Source: Kiritimatiellia bacterium
GTDB lineage: Bacteria; Verrucomicrobiota; Kiritimatiellia; RFP12; UBA3636
Direction: 5' to 3'
Length of the DNA stretch: 64,000 bases
Assembly: GCA_017481725.1 (NCBI GenBank)
Contig: JAFUOX010000043.1
Coordinates: forward strand, 12,757 to 76,756
Shown: positions 17,904-27,082 of the stretch, piece by piece
How the letters are laid out: each line of letters begins with the position of its first letter
Numbering within the stretch: position 1 is the stretch's first letter
Translations under genes and position numbers: made by a program
The notes under the pieces: model-generated
Database searches by the model: none
What the model was told of the DNA's origin: nothing
The model's input: the letters and a program-made list of their open reading frames with translations, nothing else

Positions 17904-17956
17904 TTCTTTTTTCCAACAAATTTCAAGTTGCACTTGAAATTTGTTGGAAAAAAGAA
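17904..17956. repeat. perfect 25-bp inverted repeat with a 3-nt spacer
   Basis: TTCTTTTTTCCAACAAATTTCAAGT-TGC-ACTTGAAATTTGTTGGAAAAAAGAA, checked base by base. Confidence 0.9.
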
Positions 17957-17962
17957 TATATT
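17934..17962 (+). promoter_or_regulatory. promoter candidate (TTGAAA-17 nt-TATATT) embedded in the right arm of the palindrome
   Basis: TTGAAA at 17934-17939, a 17-nt spacer, then TATATT at 17957-17962. It sits 30 nt upstream of the ATG at 17992. Confidence 0.35.
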
Positions 17963-17991
17963 ACTCCTTGTTATAAATGTATGGAGGTATT

Positions 17992-19152
17992 ATGATTTCT
18001 CGAAAAATAGAAACTCAGCTACGTAACCTATCAAAAATGTATCCAGTTGTAACTATTACTGGACCTCGGCAATCTGGTAAAACAACACTTGCTAAAGCCG
18101 TTTTCCCTACATATAAATATGTAAGCCTTGAGAATCTAGATGTTCGTGAAATGGCTCAAAAAGACCCAAGAGGATTTTTGAAATTATATTCTGCACCTGT
18201 AATACTTGATGAAATCCAACGCGTGCCTGAATTGTTAAGTTATATTCAAACGATTGTGGATGAAACAAATATTGCTGGACAATATATTCTTACAGGTAGT
18301 CATCAACCGCTTCTTGGCCAAAGTGTTGCACAATCGCTTGCAGGAAGAACGGGTATATTAAAATTATTACCACTTTCAATGGAAGAACTTAATAATGCAG
18401 GTATAAGCTTAGATCGTGATGAATACCTGTATAATGGCTTTATGCCTCGATTGTATGATAAAGGTATAGATTCAAGAGATCTTTATCGAGATTATTTTTC
18501 TACATATGTTGAAAAAGACTTGAGAATGATATTAAATATTAAAAACCTCTCTTCTTTTGAAACTTTTATTAAACTATTAGCAGGAAGAGTAGGGCAGTTG
18601 ATAAATTTGTCTTCGCTCAGTAATGATGTTGGGGTGTCTTCACAGACACTACAGCAGTGGTTGTCTGTGCTCGAAGCAAGCTTCATAATATTTAGATTAC
18701 CATGTTATTATGAAAACTTTGGTAAGCGGTTAGTGAAAAGTCAAAAACTTTATTTTACAGAGGTTGGGCTTGTTTCTTGGCTTTTAGGCATAAATTCTTA
18801 TGAACAGGTAGCAAGGGATCCTTTATTAGGAGGACTTTTTGAAAATATGGTAGTGATTGAAGCTCTCAAGCATCAACTAAATTTAGGAAAATTGCCAGAA
18901 CTATATTTTCTCCGTGATTCACAAGGCATGGAGGCAGATTTGGTTTATCGGGCTAATCATAACCAATTAGTGCCAGTTGAAATAAAAGCAAGTGCCACAT
19001 GGAATGATGATTTTTGTAAAAACTTGATAAAAATGAAAAAGCTTTCATCCAAGTTTACCGATGGGTATGTAATATATAGTGGAGAACTATCTCCAGAAAT
19101 AGATGGGGTTAAATTTTTAAATTATAAGAATACATCATCAATATTTTTATAA
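17992..19152 (+). CDS. AAA-type ATPase with a DUF4143-like C-terminal domain (COG1373-like)
   Basis: Walker A GPRQSGKTTL and Walker B ILDEIQ. The architecture is typical of AAA_14+DUF4143 proteins. The ATG at 17992 follows GGAGG; the 17977 start is also possible. Confidence 0.8.
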   Translation: MISRKIETQLRNLSKMYPVVTITGPRQSGKTTLAKAVFPTYKYVSLENLDVREMAQKDPRGFLKLYSAPVILDEIQRVPELLSYIQTIVDETNIAGQYILTGSHQPLLGQSVAQSLAGRTGILKLLPLSMEELNNAGISLDRDEYLYNGFMPRLYDKGIDSRDLYRDYFSTYVEKDLRMILNIKNLSSFETFIKLLAGRVGQLINLSSLSNDVGVSSQTLQQWLSVLEASFIIFRLPCYYENFGKRLVKSQKLYFTEVGLVSWLLGINSYEQVARDPLLGGLFENMVVIEALKHQLNLGKLPELYFLRDSQGMEADLVYRANHNQLVPVEIKASATWNDDFCKNLIKMKKLSSKFTDGYVIYSGELSPEIDGVKFLNYKNTSSIFL

Positions 19153-19334
19153 CCCACCACAACCAAAAACGGTAGATGTGAGTTGCTCTAACGTCTCTTG
19201 TCTAATGTTCCATCTTCGCATTTATAGCTACCACGCCAACTCTATAAAATCTAACTACTACTTTTGGGATTACACCTTAATCCCCCTAAAATAAAAAAAA
19301 TGGCATTTTTTGTTGCTGAAATTAAAAAAGAGGG

Positions 19335-19364
19335 TTGACTATTTGGGTCAAAATATCGCATAAT
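19335..19364 (+). promoter_or_regulatory. promoter candidate for rplM-rpsI (TTGACT-18 nt-CATAAT)
   Basis: Hexamers read directly from the sequence. This leaves a 5' leader of about 150 nt before rplM. Confidence 0.4.
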
Positions 19365-19515
19365 AATTGCTCATTTGTCTTATAGCCCGGTTTACTCCTG
19401 CGGGTTACATCACAAAAAAACTCGAATTTTTAAGCTGTTTGCTTTCAGAGTTCCCTCCTCTATATATAAAGTAATAGGTTTAAATAATTCTCAGCAAAAG
19501 AAATACAGGAAATAA

Positions 19516-19938
19516 ATGAAAACATTCGTACCAAAAGATCCAGGTGACAACCGCAGATGGTTAGTCGTTGATGCAGCTGGCAAGACAGTAGGTCGCCTTG
19601 CTGTACAGATCGCTAACGCACTTCGTGGCAAAGATCAGCCAACCTACACTCCATGGGTAGATACAGGCGCATTCGTAATCGTAGTAAACTGTGAGAAGAT
19701 TAAGTTCACAGGTAAAAAAGAGCAAGAGAAAATTTACCAGCACTACACAGGCTGGCGCAGTGGTCTCTATGAGACAACAGCAGCTCAGATGCGCGTAAAG
19801 CACCCAGATTGGATTATCAAGAAGGCTGTAGAAGGCATGCTCCCAGGCAACAAGCTTGCTCGTGAGATGATGCGTCGCCTTAAGGTCTATGTAGGCCCAG
19901 AGCACCCACACGCTGCTCAAAAGCCAGTAGCTATGTAA
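19516..19938 (+). CDS. rplM: 50S ribosomal protein L13
   Basis: RRWLVVDAAGKTVGRLA, YTGWRSGL and MLPGNKL motifs; 140 aa. Confidence 0.97.
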   Translation: MKTFVPKDPGDNRRWLVVDAAGKTVGRLAVQIANALRGKDQPTYTPWVDTGAFVIVVNCEKIKFTGKKEQEKIYQHYTGWRSGLYETTAAQMRVKHPDWIIKKAVEGMLPGNKLAREMMRRLKVYVGPEHPHAAQKPVAM

Positions 19939-19969
19939 TTTCACACCATTAACCGAATAAGGACAGAAT

Positions 19970-20374
19970 ATGGCAGACAAGAAAGTAGATTATATCTCAG
20001 CTGCAACAGGTCGTCGTAAGACAGCAGTCGCACGCGTTCAGCTCCTAAATGGTACTGGTGTGTGTGTAGTTAATCGCCGTGAACCAAAGGAATACTTCAA
20101 GAGCGATGCTCTTCTAAAGTATGTATTCCAGCCACTAGAGATTGCTGGTGTTGAAGGTAAGTTCGACATCAAGGCATTCGTAAAGGGCGGCGGTATCTCA
20201 GGTCAGGCAGGCGCAGTTCGCCACGCTCTTTCACGTGCTCTATGTGAAGCAGATTCTTCACTACGCGCAGCATTGAAGGCAGCAGGTTGCTTGACACGCG
20301 ATTCACGTATGAAGGAACGTAAAAAGCCAGGTTTGCGCGGTGCACGCCGTCGCTTCCAGTTCTCAAAGCGTTAA
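19970..20374 (+). CDS. rpsI: 30S ribosomal protein S9
   Basis: ATGRRKTAVARV, GGGISGQAGAVRHALSRAL and a C-terminal RRRFQFSKR. Confidence 0.97.
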   Translation: MADKKVDYISAATGRRKTAVARVQLLNGTGVCVVNRREPKEYFKSDALLKYVFQPLEIAGVEGKFDIKAFVKGGGISGQAGAVRHALSRALCEADSSLRAALKAAGCLTRDSRMKERKKPGLRGARRRFQFSKR

Positions 20375-20394
20375 TCCTACGTATTTGTTATCGG

Positions 20395-20432
20395 CAGCGG
20401 GCATCTCTTTTCGGGGGTGTCCGTTGTTGTTT
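20395..20432 (+). terminator. possible intrinsic terminator after rpsI
   Basis: A 9-bp stem, CAGCGGGCA (20395-20403) with UGUCCGUUG (20418-20426), including two G-U pairs, followed by a U-rich tract. Confidence 0.35.
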
Positions 20433-20508
20433 ATATTATACTCGTCGCTTATTAAAAAGTGTTTGTTGCCTTTAATTTTTAAATTGAGGGCATAGGTTTA
20501 ACAAAAAT

Positions 20509-20715
20509 ATGTCAATAAAGAGTTTTTTCAAAACTATAGCAACTAAGCTCAAAACTGTAGTTGCAAAACAGGACTCCCTTTCTGCTAATACAAAGCAAAA
20601 CAAAAAGGGAAAAAATCCTAATACACAAAACTCCTCTAAGAAGACAAAAAATAATAAGCAAGGTCCTAATAAAAATAAGCAACAGCAAAAAAAAACCTGC
20701 AAACAACAAGCATAA
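20509..20715 (+). other. ATG-initiated K/Q/N-rich ORF that is the probable true N-terminus of the DEAD-box helicase, displaced by 1 nt at an A9 run
   Basis: It encodes MSIKSFF...NKKGKNPNTQNSSKKTKNNKQGPNKNKQQQKK, then meets A9 (20687-20695). Removing one A joins it to ..PANNKHNQQGKKDQNNKQ.. of the helicase frame. Confidence 0.55.
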
Positions 20716-22273
20716 TCAGCAGGGTAAAAAGGACCAAAATAATAAGCAAAACTTAAAGCAAGGCAATAAGCCTCAGCAAAAGGGTGGAAATAAGCCAAAC
20801 AATAAGCAAAAGAACCACCCACAAAAGCCTCAGCAGCAAAAGCAACCACAGCAGGCTGATAAAGGCTCAATCTCACGCGAGGAAATTGCACAGGTTCTTC
20901 AAGAGGATAAATTCTTTGCAATCCCACCAGTAGAACTATCCTGGGATGCATCAGAATTTCAGGTTCCAGTAGTGGACGATAAGAAGCGCTTTCATGAATT
21001 TGATTTACCAAATCCAATCATGCACGCTATCTACGATTTAGGCTTCCAATACTGCACACCTATTCAGGCCGAAACATTAGATAAAACAATGTCTGGTCTA
21101 AATGTGGCAGGTAAGGCTCAAACCGGTACCGGTAAAACAGCTGCCTTCCTAATTTCTATTTTAAAGCGCATGCTAATCAATGTGGAAAGCCGTCCAATCA
21201 AGATTGGCCGCCCAGCAGCGCTTGTTCTAGCACCAACCCGCGAGCTAGTAATGCAAATCCAAAAGGATGCAGAGGCTCTAGGTAAATATTGTGGTCTAAG
21301 AAGTATTGCAGTATTTGGTGGTATGGACTATGATAAGCAGCTAAAGACAGTGCTTGAAGCACCAATTGATCTAGTTGCAGCCACACCTGGCCGCCTACTA
21401 GATTTCTGCAGAAATCATGTGCTAGATTTGCGCGGAATCCAAACCCTAGTTATCGATGAAGCAGATCGTATGCTAGATATGGGCTTCATCCCAGATGTTC
21501 GCCGCATTGTTCGCCTACTTCCAGAAAAGAATATGCGCCAAACACTTCTATTTTCTGCAACACTTAATGACGAGGTAATGCGCCTAGCAGAGCAGTGGAT
21601 GCCAAACCCAGTTCAGGTATCCGTTGACCCAGAGCATGGCACAGTAGATACAATTCGTCAGCTAGTATATCCTATTGCAGCACGCGAGAAGTTTACGGTT
21701 CTATATAACATTCTAAAGAGTGACAAATATGGCCGCATCATCATCTTCAGAAACCGTAAGCGCGATTGCGAAGAACTCGTCTATAGACTTGCCCGCCAAG
21801 GAATTACAGCAGAGATGCTTTCTGGAGATGTGGATCAAAAGAAGCGTTGCCGTATTCTTGAGGATTTCCGCAGTGGTAAGGTTAAGCTAGTTGTTGCAAC
21901 AGATGTTGCTGGCAGAGGAATTCATGTTGATGACATTTCTCTTGTTGTAAACTATGATTTCCCTTATGAGGCAGACGATTATATTCATCGCATCGGTCGT
22001 ACCGGACGTGCAGGAACAATGGGAACAGCTGTTTCCTTTGCCTGTGAGGATGAATCCTTTATCATCCCAGATATTGAGACACTTTTAGGAGAGCCACTTC
22101 ATTGCCAACAGCCATCTGATGAGCTATTTGCAGAGGTGCCTGCTCCAACAACAGATGTGCCACGTAAAAAGCCAGCTTCAAATAATGGAAGTGGCCCACA
22201 TGCGCGTGGCTTTGGAGGTGGACGTAAGCCTCAAGGTAATTTTAGAAGAGGACCACGTCCTCCTAAAAAATAG
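20561..22273 (+). CDS. DEAD-box ATP-dependent RNA helicase with K/Q/N-rich N-terminal and RG-rich C-terminal tails
   Basis: Q-motif region FQYCTPIQ, AQTGTGKT, VIDEADRML, SAT and HRIGRTGRAG. The listed start is a TTG with no in-frame ATG before the core. See the A9 finding. Confidence 0.85.
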   Translation: MQNRTPFLLIQSKTKREKILIHKTPLRRQKIISKVLIKISNSKKKPANNKHNQQGKKDQNNKQNLKQGNKPQQKGGNKPNNKQKNHPQKPQQQKQPQQADKGSISREEIAQVLQEDKFFAIPPVELSWDASEFQVPVVDDKKRFHEFDLPNPIMHAIYDLGFQYCTPIQAETLDKTMSGLNVAGKAQTGTGKTAAFLISILKRMLINVESRPIKIGRPAALVLAPTRELVMQIQKDAEALGKYCGLRSIAVFGGMDYDKQLKTVLEAPIDLVAATPGRLLDFCRNHVLDLRGIQTLVIDEADRMLDMGFIPDVRRIVRLLPEKNMRQTLLFSATLNDEVMRLAEQWMPNPVQVSVDPEHGTVDTIRQLVYPIAAREKFTVLYNILKSDKYGRIIIFRNRKRDCEELVYRLARQGITAEMLSGDVDQKKRCRILEDFRSGKVKLVVATDVAGRGIHVDDISLVVNYDFPYEADDYIHRIGRTGRAGTMGTAVSFACEDESFIIPDIETLLGEPLHCQQPSDELFAEVPAPTTDVPRKKPASNNGSGPHARGFGGGRKPQGNFRRGPRPPKK

Positions 22274-22331
22274 CCTCTTTTTTTCACAATAAAAATTTTA
22301 AATCAAATACTTAAAAATAAGGATAAAAATT

Positions 22332-23564
22332 ATGACAAACAATGTTAAGAAAGTTGCAATCCTAACAGCAGGTGGCTTGGCTCCTTGCCTAAGCTCAGCA
22401 ATCGCAGCTCTAATTGAGCGTTACACAGAGGTAGCACCAGAGGTAGAGATTATCTGCTACGTTGGTGGCTATAAGGGTCTTCTAGAGGGAAAGAGCATCA
22501 CAGTAACACCTGAGATGCGCAAGAACATCGCTGTTCTATACAAGCATGGTGGCTCACCAATCGGCAATAGCCGTGTTAAGCTAACAAACATCAAGGACTG
22601 CGTAAAGCGTGGCCTTGTAAAGGAGGGTCAGGACCCACAGAAGGTTGCTGCAGATCAGCTTGTTAAGGATGGAGTAGATGTGCTTCACACAATCGGTGGT
22701 GATGACACAAATACAGCTGCAGCAGATTTGGCTGCATTCCTAAAGACAAATGACTATGCTCTAACAGTTGTTGGCTTGCCAAAGACAATTGACAATGACG
22801 TATATCCAATCCGTCAGAGCCTTGGTGCTTGGACAGCAGCAGAAGAGGGTGCTAAGTTCTTCGCTAACGTAGTAGGCGAGCACAATGCAAACCCACGCAT
22901 GCTTATTGTTCACGAGGTTATGGGCCGTAACTGCGGTTGCCTAACAGCAGCAACAGCTGTTGAGTATCGTAAGTTACTAGACAAGATGGAGTTTGTTCCT
23001 GGCATCGGTCTAAGCAAGGAGCGCAAGGAAATCCACGCTATCTACATCCCAGAGCTAGCATTTGATGTTAAGGCAGAGGCTGAGCGTCTACGCAAGATTA
23101 TGGATGAGGTTGACAATGTAAACATCTTCGTTTCAGAGGGTGCTGGCGTTGAGACAATCATCAAGGAGATGGAAGCACGTGGTGAGGAAGTTCCACGCGA
23201 TGCATTTGGTCATGCAAAGCTAGATGCAATCAACCCAGGTGCATGGTTTGCTAAGCAGTTTGCTCAGATGCTAGGTGCTGAGAAGACAATGGTTCAGAAG
23301 TCTGGCTACTATAGCCGTGCAGCTGCATCAAATGCTGCTGACAAGGAGCTAATCATTAAGTGTGCTGATAAGGCAGTTGATTGTGCAATGCAGGGCATTG
23401 GCGGTGTTGTTGGTGAGGATGAGAACAACAACAATGAGCTACGTGCTTGCGAGTTTGAGCGCATCAAGGGCGGTAAGCCATTTGATACAGATCAGGCTTG
23501 GTTCAACGACCTTCTAGCTGCAATCGGTCAGCCAAAGGGTGAAAAGGTTGAAGTTAAGCACTAA
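22332..23564 (+). CDS. pfp: pyrophosphate-dependent 6-phosphofructokinase
   Basis: GGDDTNT (Asp instead of the ATP-PFK Gly) and GLPKTIDND (Lys instead of Gly) are the classic PPi-specificity signatures. MGRNCG is also present. Confidence 0.85.
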   Translation: MTNNVKKVAILTAGGLAPCLSSAIAALIERYTEVAPEVEIICYVGGYKGLLEGKSITVTPEMRKNIAVLYKHGGSPIGNSRVKLTNIKDCVKRGLVKEGQDPQKVAADQLVKDGVDVLHTIGGDDTNTAAADLAAFLKTNDYALTVVGLPKTIDNDVYPIRQSLGAWTAAEEGAKFFANVVGEHNANPRMLIVHEVMGRNCGCLTAATAVEYRKLLDKMEFVPGIGLSKERKEIHAIYIPELAFDVKAEAERLRKIMDEVDNVNIFVSEGAGVETIIKEMEARGEEVPRDAFGHAKLDAINPGAWFAKQFAQMLGAEKTMVQKSGYYSRAAASNAADKELIIKCADKAVDCAMQGIGGVVGEDENNNNELRACEFERIKGGKPFDTDQAWFNDLLAAIGQPKGEKVEVKH

Positions 23565-23593
23565 TCACATTTGATTTGCTATTCACAACAAAC

Positions 23594-23625
23594 AAGGCGT
23601 GGGCTACGGTCCACGCCTTTTTTTG
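23594..23625 (+). terminator. intrinsic terminator after pfp
   Basis: AAGGCGTGG-gctacggt-CCACGCCTT followed by T7. Confidence 0.8.
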
Positions 23626-23751
23626 TGAATGTCTTAAATTGTGGTGGCATTTAAAATCAATTGTTAGGTGGCGTGGTTTCACATTGCGGTAAATTATTAT
23701 TTATGCTAAAATACAAAGTATTTTAATAAGTAGATGTAATGTGAGGGTTTT

Positions 23752-24639
23752 ATGTCTGGTTTCACAATTTTTATTATGGTGCTTGTTGCAGCGTGCTTTA
23801 CAGGGCTCGCTTATACTGCATTGCAAGCATTCTCCTCTGCTGCACAATCTTATAATAGCACATATACAAAGGAAACCTCTCGCTCTCTTGAGGATATGTT
23901 CCTTTTTATTCCTCCCCGTCGCATTGCTGAGCTTTCATGGCTTGCTGCAATAGTTGTTTTTTTTCTTTCATTTATCCTAACAGGTGGTATTTCTGGTTCA
24001 TTAATTCAAGTTTGTATACGCATTTTGGTTTGTTTGATTTTAGGGTGTGGTGTTTTATTTCTTCCACGTTATGTTATTATGTGGCTAAAGATTCGCCGCA
24101 GGAATCGATTTAATATCCAGTTAGTAGAAGCTCTTTCCAGTATGAGTAATGCAATGAAGTCTGGATTTAGTATTATGCAGGCTATGGAGCATGTTGTCGC
24201 TAATGGTGAGAGTCCAATTTCTGAGGAGTTTGAGACAATGCTTCATCAGACACGTGTGGGTGTAGGTTTTCAAGAGGCATTGCGTAATATGGATCGCCGT
24301 GTTGGTAGTGAGGATTTAACATTGGTTGTTTTGTCAATTGAGACTGCCCGCAAAACAGGTGGTAATCTGACAGAGATTTTTGCATCAATTAGTCATACTA
24401 TCAGAGAGCGTATGCGTATAGAAAAGCGTATTGATACACTAACGGCACAGGGCCGCCTTCAGGGAATAGTATTAAGCTTGATGCCAGTTGTAATAGGGCT
24501 GGTGCTTCATCTTTTGGAGCCAGATTTGTTTGGGCCATTTTTAAAATCAACTGTAGGTATTATTTGCCTATTTGTTGTAACAATTATGCTAGTTTTGGGA
24601 GCATTAACTATCCGTAAGATTGTAAAAATTGATATTTAA
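23752..24639 (+). CDS. type II secretion system F-domain protein (TadB/TadC-like), orphan
   Basis: A T2SSF-like core (MKSGFSIMQAMEHV...GVGFQEALRNMDRRV...ETARKTGGNL) flanked by TM helices. No other tad/cpa genes are nearby. Confidence 0.65.
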   Translation: MSGFTIFIMVLVAACFTGLAYTALQAFSSAAQSYNSTYTKETSRSLEDMFLFIPPRRIAELSWLAAIVVFFLSFILTGGISGSLIQVCIRILVCLILGCGVLFLPRYVIMWLKIRRRNRFNIQLVEALSSMSNAMKSGFSIMQAMEHVVANGESPISEEFETMLHQTRVGVGFQEALRNMDRRVGSEDLTLVVLSIETARKTGGNLTEIFASISHTIRERMRIEKRIDTLTAQGRLQGIVLSLMPVVIGLVLHLLEPDLFGPFLKSTVGIICLFVVTIMLVLGALTIRKIVKIDI

Positions 24640-24701
24640 TTGCTCTAATTAATTTGCATGTTGTATTTATTCGTGAATTTTAATAGATTGAAGGAAACAA
24701 A

Positions 24702-27020
24702 ATGAAATATTCATCAAAGATAGCTACAGAGTTGGGGCTAAAGGAATTTCAGGTTGAGGCAGTTGCTGCACTTTTACAGGCGGATGCAACAGTACCATTT
24801 ATTGCTCGTTATCGTAAGGAGCAGACGGGCTCAATGGATGAGGTACAAATTGCAGAAGTGCGAGATCGCATGGCAAAGCTTGAAGAACTAGATAATCGCC
24901 GCGATTCTATTATTGCGTCTTTAACAGAACGTAATCTTCTCACAGACGAGCTAGCAGAGAAAATTGCATTGGCAGATAGTCTCACGGTGCTTGAGGATAT
25001 TTATTTGCCATTTAGACCAAAGCGTAGAACAAAGGCAATGATTGCACGTGAGCGAGGGTTAGAACCACTTGCAGAAGCAATTTTCAAGCAAGAGGGAAGT
25101 GAAACAGCAGAAGCACTTGCTGAGCAGTTTGTTGATGCATCAAAGGAAGTGCCTGATGTGTTGACAGCACTTGCTGGTGCACGTGATATTATTGCTGAGC
25201 AAATTAATGAATCATCTGAGGCACGTTCTGAAATGCGTGATTTCTATTCTCGCAGTGCTATAATTACCACAAAGGTGATAGAGGGTAAGGAAGAAGAAGG
25301 AGCAAAGTTTAGTGATTACTTTGAGTGTGCTGATCCTGTAGCTGGAATTTCTGGACATCGCTTGCTTGCAATGTTTCGTGCAGAGAAGGAGGGCTTCATT
25401 TCTATATCTTGCCGCCCAGAAGCAGAGGAAGCAATTGATTTATTAAAGCGTCGTTTTGTTTCTGGAAAGAGCTCTCTTTCAGAGCAAGTTGCACAGGCAG
25501 CAGAAGCAAGCTATAAGCGCTTAATGGCTCCATCAATGGAAGTGGAGCTACGTATGAATTTATTTAACAAGGCAGGTGACGAAGCAATTGTTGTTTTTGC
25601 AGCAAATCTTCGAGAGCTATTGATGGCATCACCACTTGGACGTAAGTCTGTGCTTGCAATTGATCCAGGTATTCGCACAGGTTGTAAGGTTGTTTGCCTT
25701 GATCCACAAGGAAAGCTTTTGTATGATTGCGTAATACAGCTTGCAGCATCAGATGTGCAGCGCCGTGAGGCAGCGGGCATTATCGTGGCATTGTGTAAAC
25801 GCTACAATATTGAGGCTATAGCAGTTGGTAATGGTACATATGGGCGTGAGGCAATAGATTTTGTTCGCTCTATCGGTTTGCCACAAACAATGGTAATTGT
25901 TTCAGTTAACGAGAGTGGAGCATCTATTTATTCAGCATCAGAGGTTGCGCGAGAGGAATTTCCTGATAAGGATGTTACAGTTCGTGGCAGTGTCTCAATT
26001 GGACGCCGCTTGATGGATCCATTGGCAGAGCTTGTAAAGCTTGATCCAAAATCTATTGGAGTTGGACAGTATCAGCATGATGTTGATCAAACAAAGCTAA
26101 AGGCTTCTCTTGATGATGTTGTTATGTCATGTGTAAACTCAGTTGGTGTAGAGGTAAATACAGCTAGTCGTCAGCTATTAACTTATGTATCAGGTATTGG
26201 TCCAACAATTGCAGAGAATATTGTAAAGTACCGCGATGAAAATGGTCCGTTTAAGGCACGTAAGGATTTGCTAAAGGTTCCACGTTTGGGTAATAAAGCA
26301 TTTGAGCAATGTGCTGGTTTTATGCGCATAGCAGATTCAGAAAATCCGCTTGATGCAAGTGCTGTTCATCCAGAGCGCTATGAGTTAGTTGGTCAGATGG
26401 CTAAAGATTTGGGCTGTGAGGTTACTGCTCTTATGAAGGATGCAGCAATGGTTTCTAAAATAAATATTAAAAACTATGTAACAGCAGAAATTGGTTTGCC
26501 AACACTTAACGATATTATTTCAGAGCTTGCAAAGCCAGGTCGAGATCCTCGTAAGGAGTTTGAGGTATTTAATTTTGCTGAAGGCATTATGAAGCCATCT
26601 GATCTATCTGCAGGGATGAAGCTACCTGGAATTGTTACAAACGTAACAAACTTTGGTGCATTTGTTGATGTTGGTGTTCATCAGGATGGTCTAGTTCACA
26701 TAAGTGAGTTGTCTGATAATTTTGTTTCTAATCCAGCGGATGTTTTAAAGGTGGGACAAAAGGTTCAGGTGACAGTGCTTGCAGTTGATGAGCAGCGTAA
26801 TCGCATCTCTCTTTCAATGAAGAGCATTCCTGGCTCTGGCGCAATGGGAGGAGTACGCCGTGAGCGTCGTGATGCACCTGCTGGTCAAAATGGTGCTCGT
26901 AGAGATGATCGTCGCTATGAAAACCGTGATAGAGGAAATGATAATCGCCGCAATAATAACCGAGGAAATGGTGGTGGTTTCGGTAGCCTTGGTAATGCCT
27001 TTGGAAATCTTAATTTTTAA
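24702..27020 (+). CDS. tex: Tex-like transcription accessory protein (YqgF/HhH/S1 domains) with an R/N/G-rich tail
   Basis: N-terminal FIARYRKE.TG, a YqgF-like LAIDPGIRTGCKV, a HhH region and a C-terminal S1 domain (GIVTNVTNFGAFVDVG..DGLVHISEL). Confidence 0.9.
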   Translation: MKYSSKIATELGLKEFQVEAVAALLQADATVPFIARYRKEQTGSMDEVQIAEVRDRMAKLEELDNRRDSIIASLTERNLLTDELAEKIALADSLTVLEDIYLPFRPKRRTKAMIARERGLEPLAEAIFKQEGSETAEALAEQFVDASKEVPDVLTALAGARDIIAEQINESSEARSEMRDFYSRSAIITTKVIEGKEEEGAKFSDYFECADPVAGISGHRLLAMFRAEKEGFISISCRPEAEEAIDLLKRRFVSGKSSLSEQVAQAAEASYKRLMAPSMEVELRMNLFNKAGDEAIVVFAANLRELLMASPLGRKSVLAIDPGIRTGCKVVCLDPQGKLLYDCVIQLAASDVQRREAAGIIVALCKRYNIEAIAVGNGTYGREAIDFVRSIGLPQTMVIVSVNESGASIYSASEVAREEFPDKDVTVRGSVSIGRRLMDPLAELVKLDPKSIGVGQYQHDVDQTKLKASLDDVVMSCVNSVGVEVNTASRQLLTYVSGIGPTIAENIVKYRDENGPFKARKDLLKVPRLGNKAFEQCAGFMRIADSENPLDASAVHPERYELVGQMAKDLGCEVTALMKDAAMVSKINIKNYVTAEIGLPTLNDIISELAKPGRDPRKEFEVFNFAEGIMKPSDLSAGMKLPGIVTNVTNFGAFVDVGVHQDGLVHISELSDNFVSNPADVLKVGQKVQVTVLAVDEQRNRISLSMKSIPGSGAMGGVRRERRDAPAGQNGARRDDRRYENRDRGNDNRRNNNRGNGGGFGSLGNAFGNLNF

Positions 27021-27082
27021 TTAGAGTTTATTAGGATTTGGAATTTGTGGTCAATAGTGATTGCATAGGAGAAATTTAAAAA

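Noticed and set aside
19561-19980. 139-aa ORF antisense to rplM
   Set aside because: It lies entirely within and opposite a highly conserved ribosomal protein gene, and its translation is Cys/Leu-rich with no recognisable motif. It is most likely an antisense frame that happens to stay open.
20472-21017. 181-aa antisense ORF, and the 65-aa ORF 20512..20709, across the helicase 5' region
   Set aside because: These frames stay open because the K/Q/N-rich sequence (AAR/CAR codons) is low-complexity. On the reverse strand it reads as F/L/C-rich nonsense, and there is no start context.
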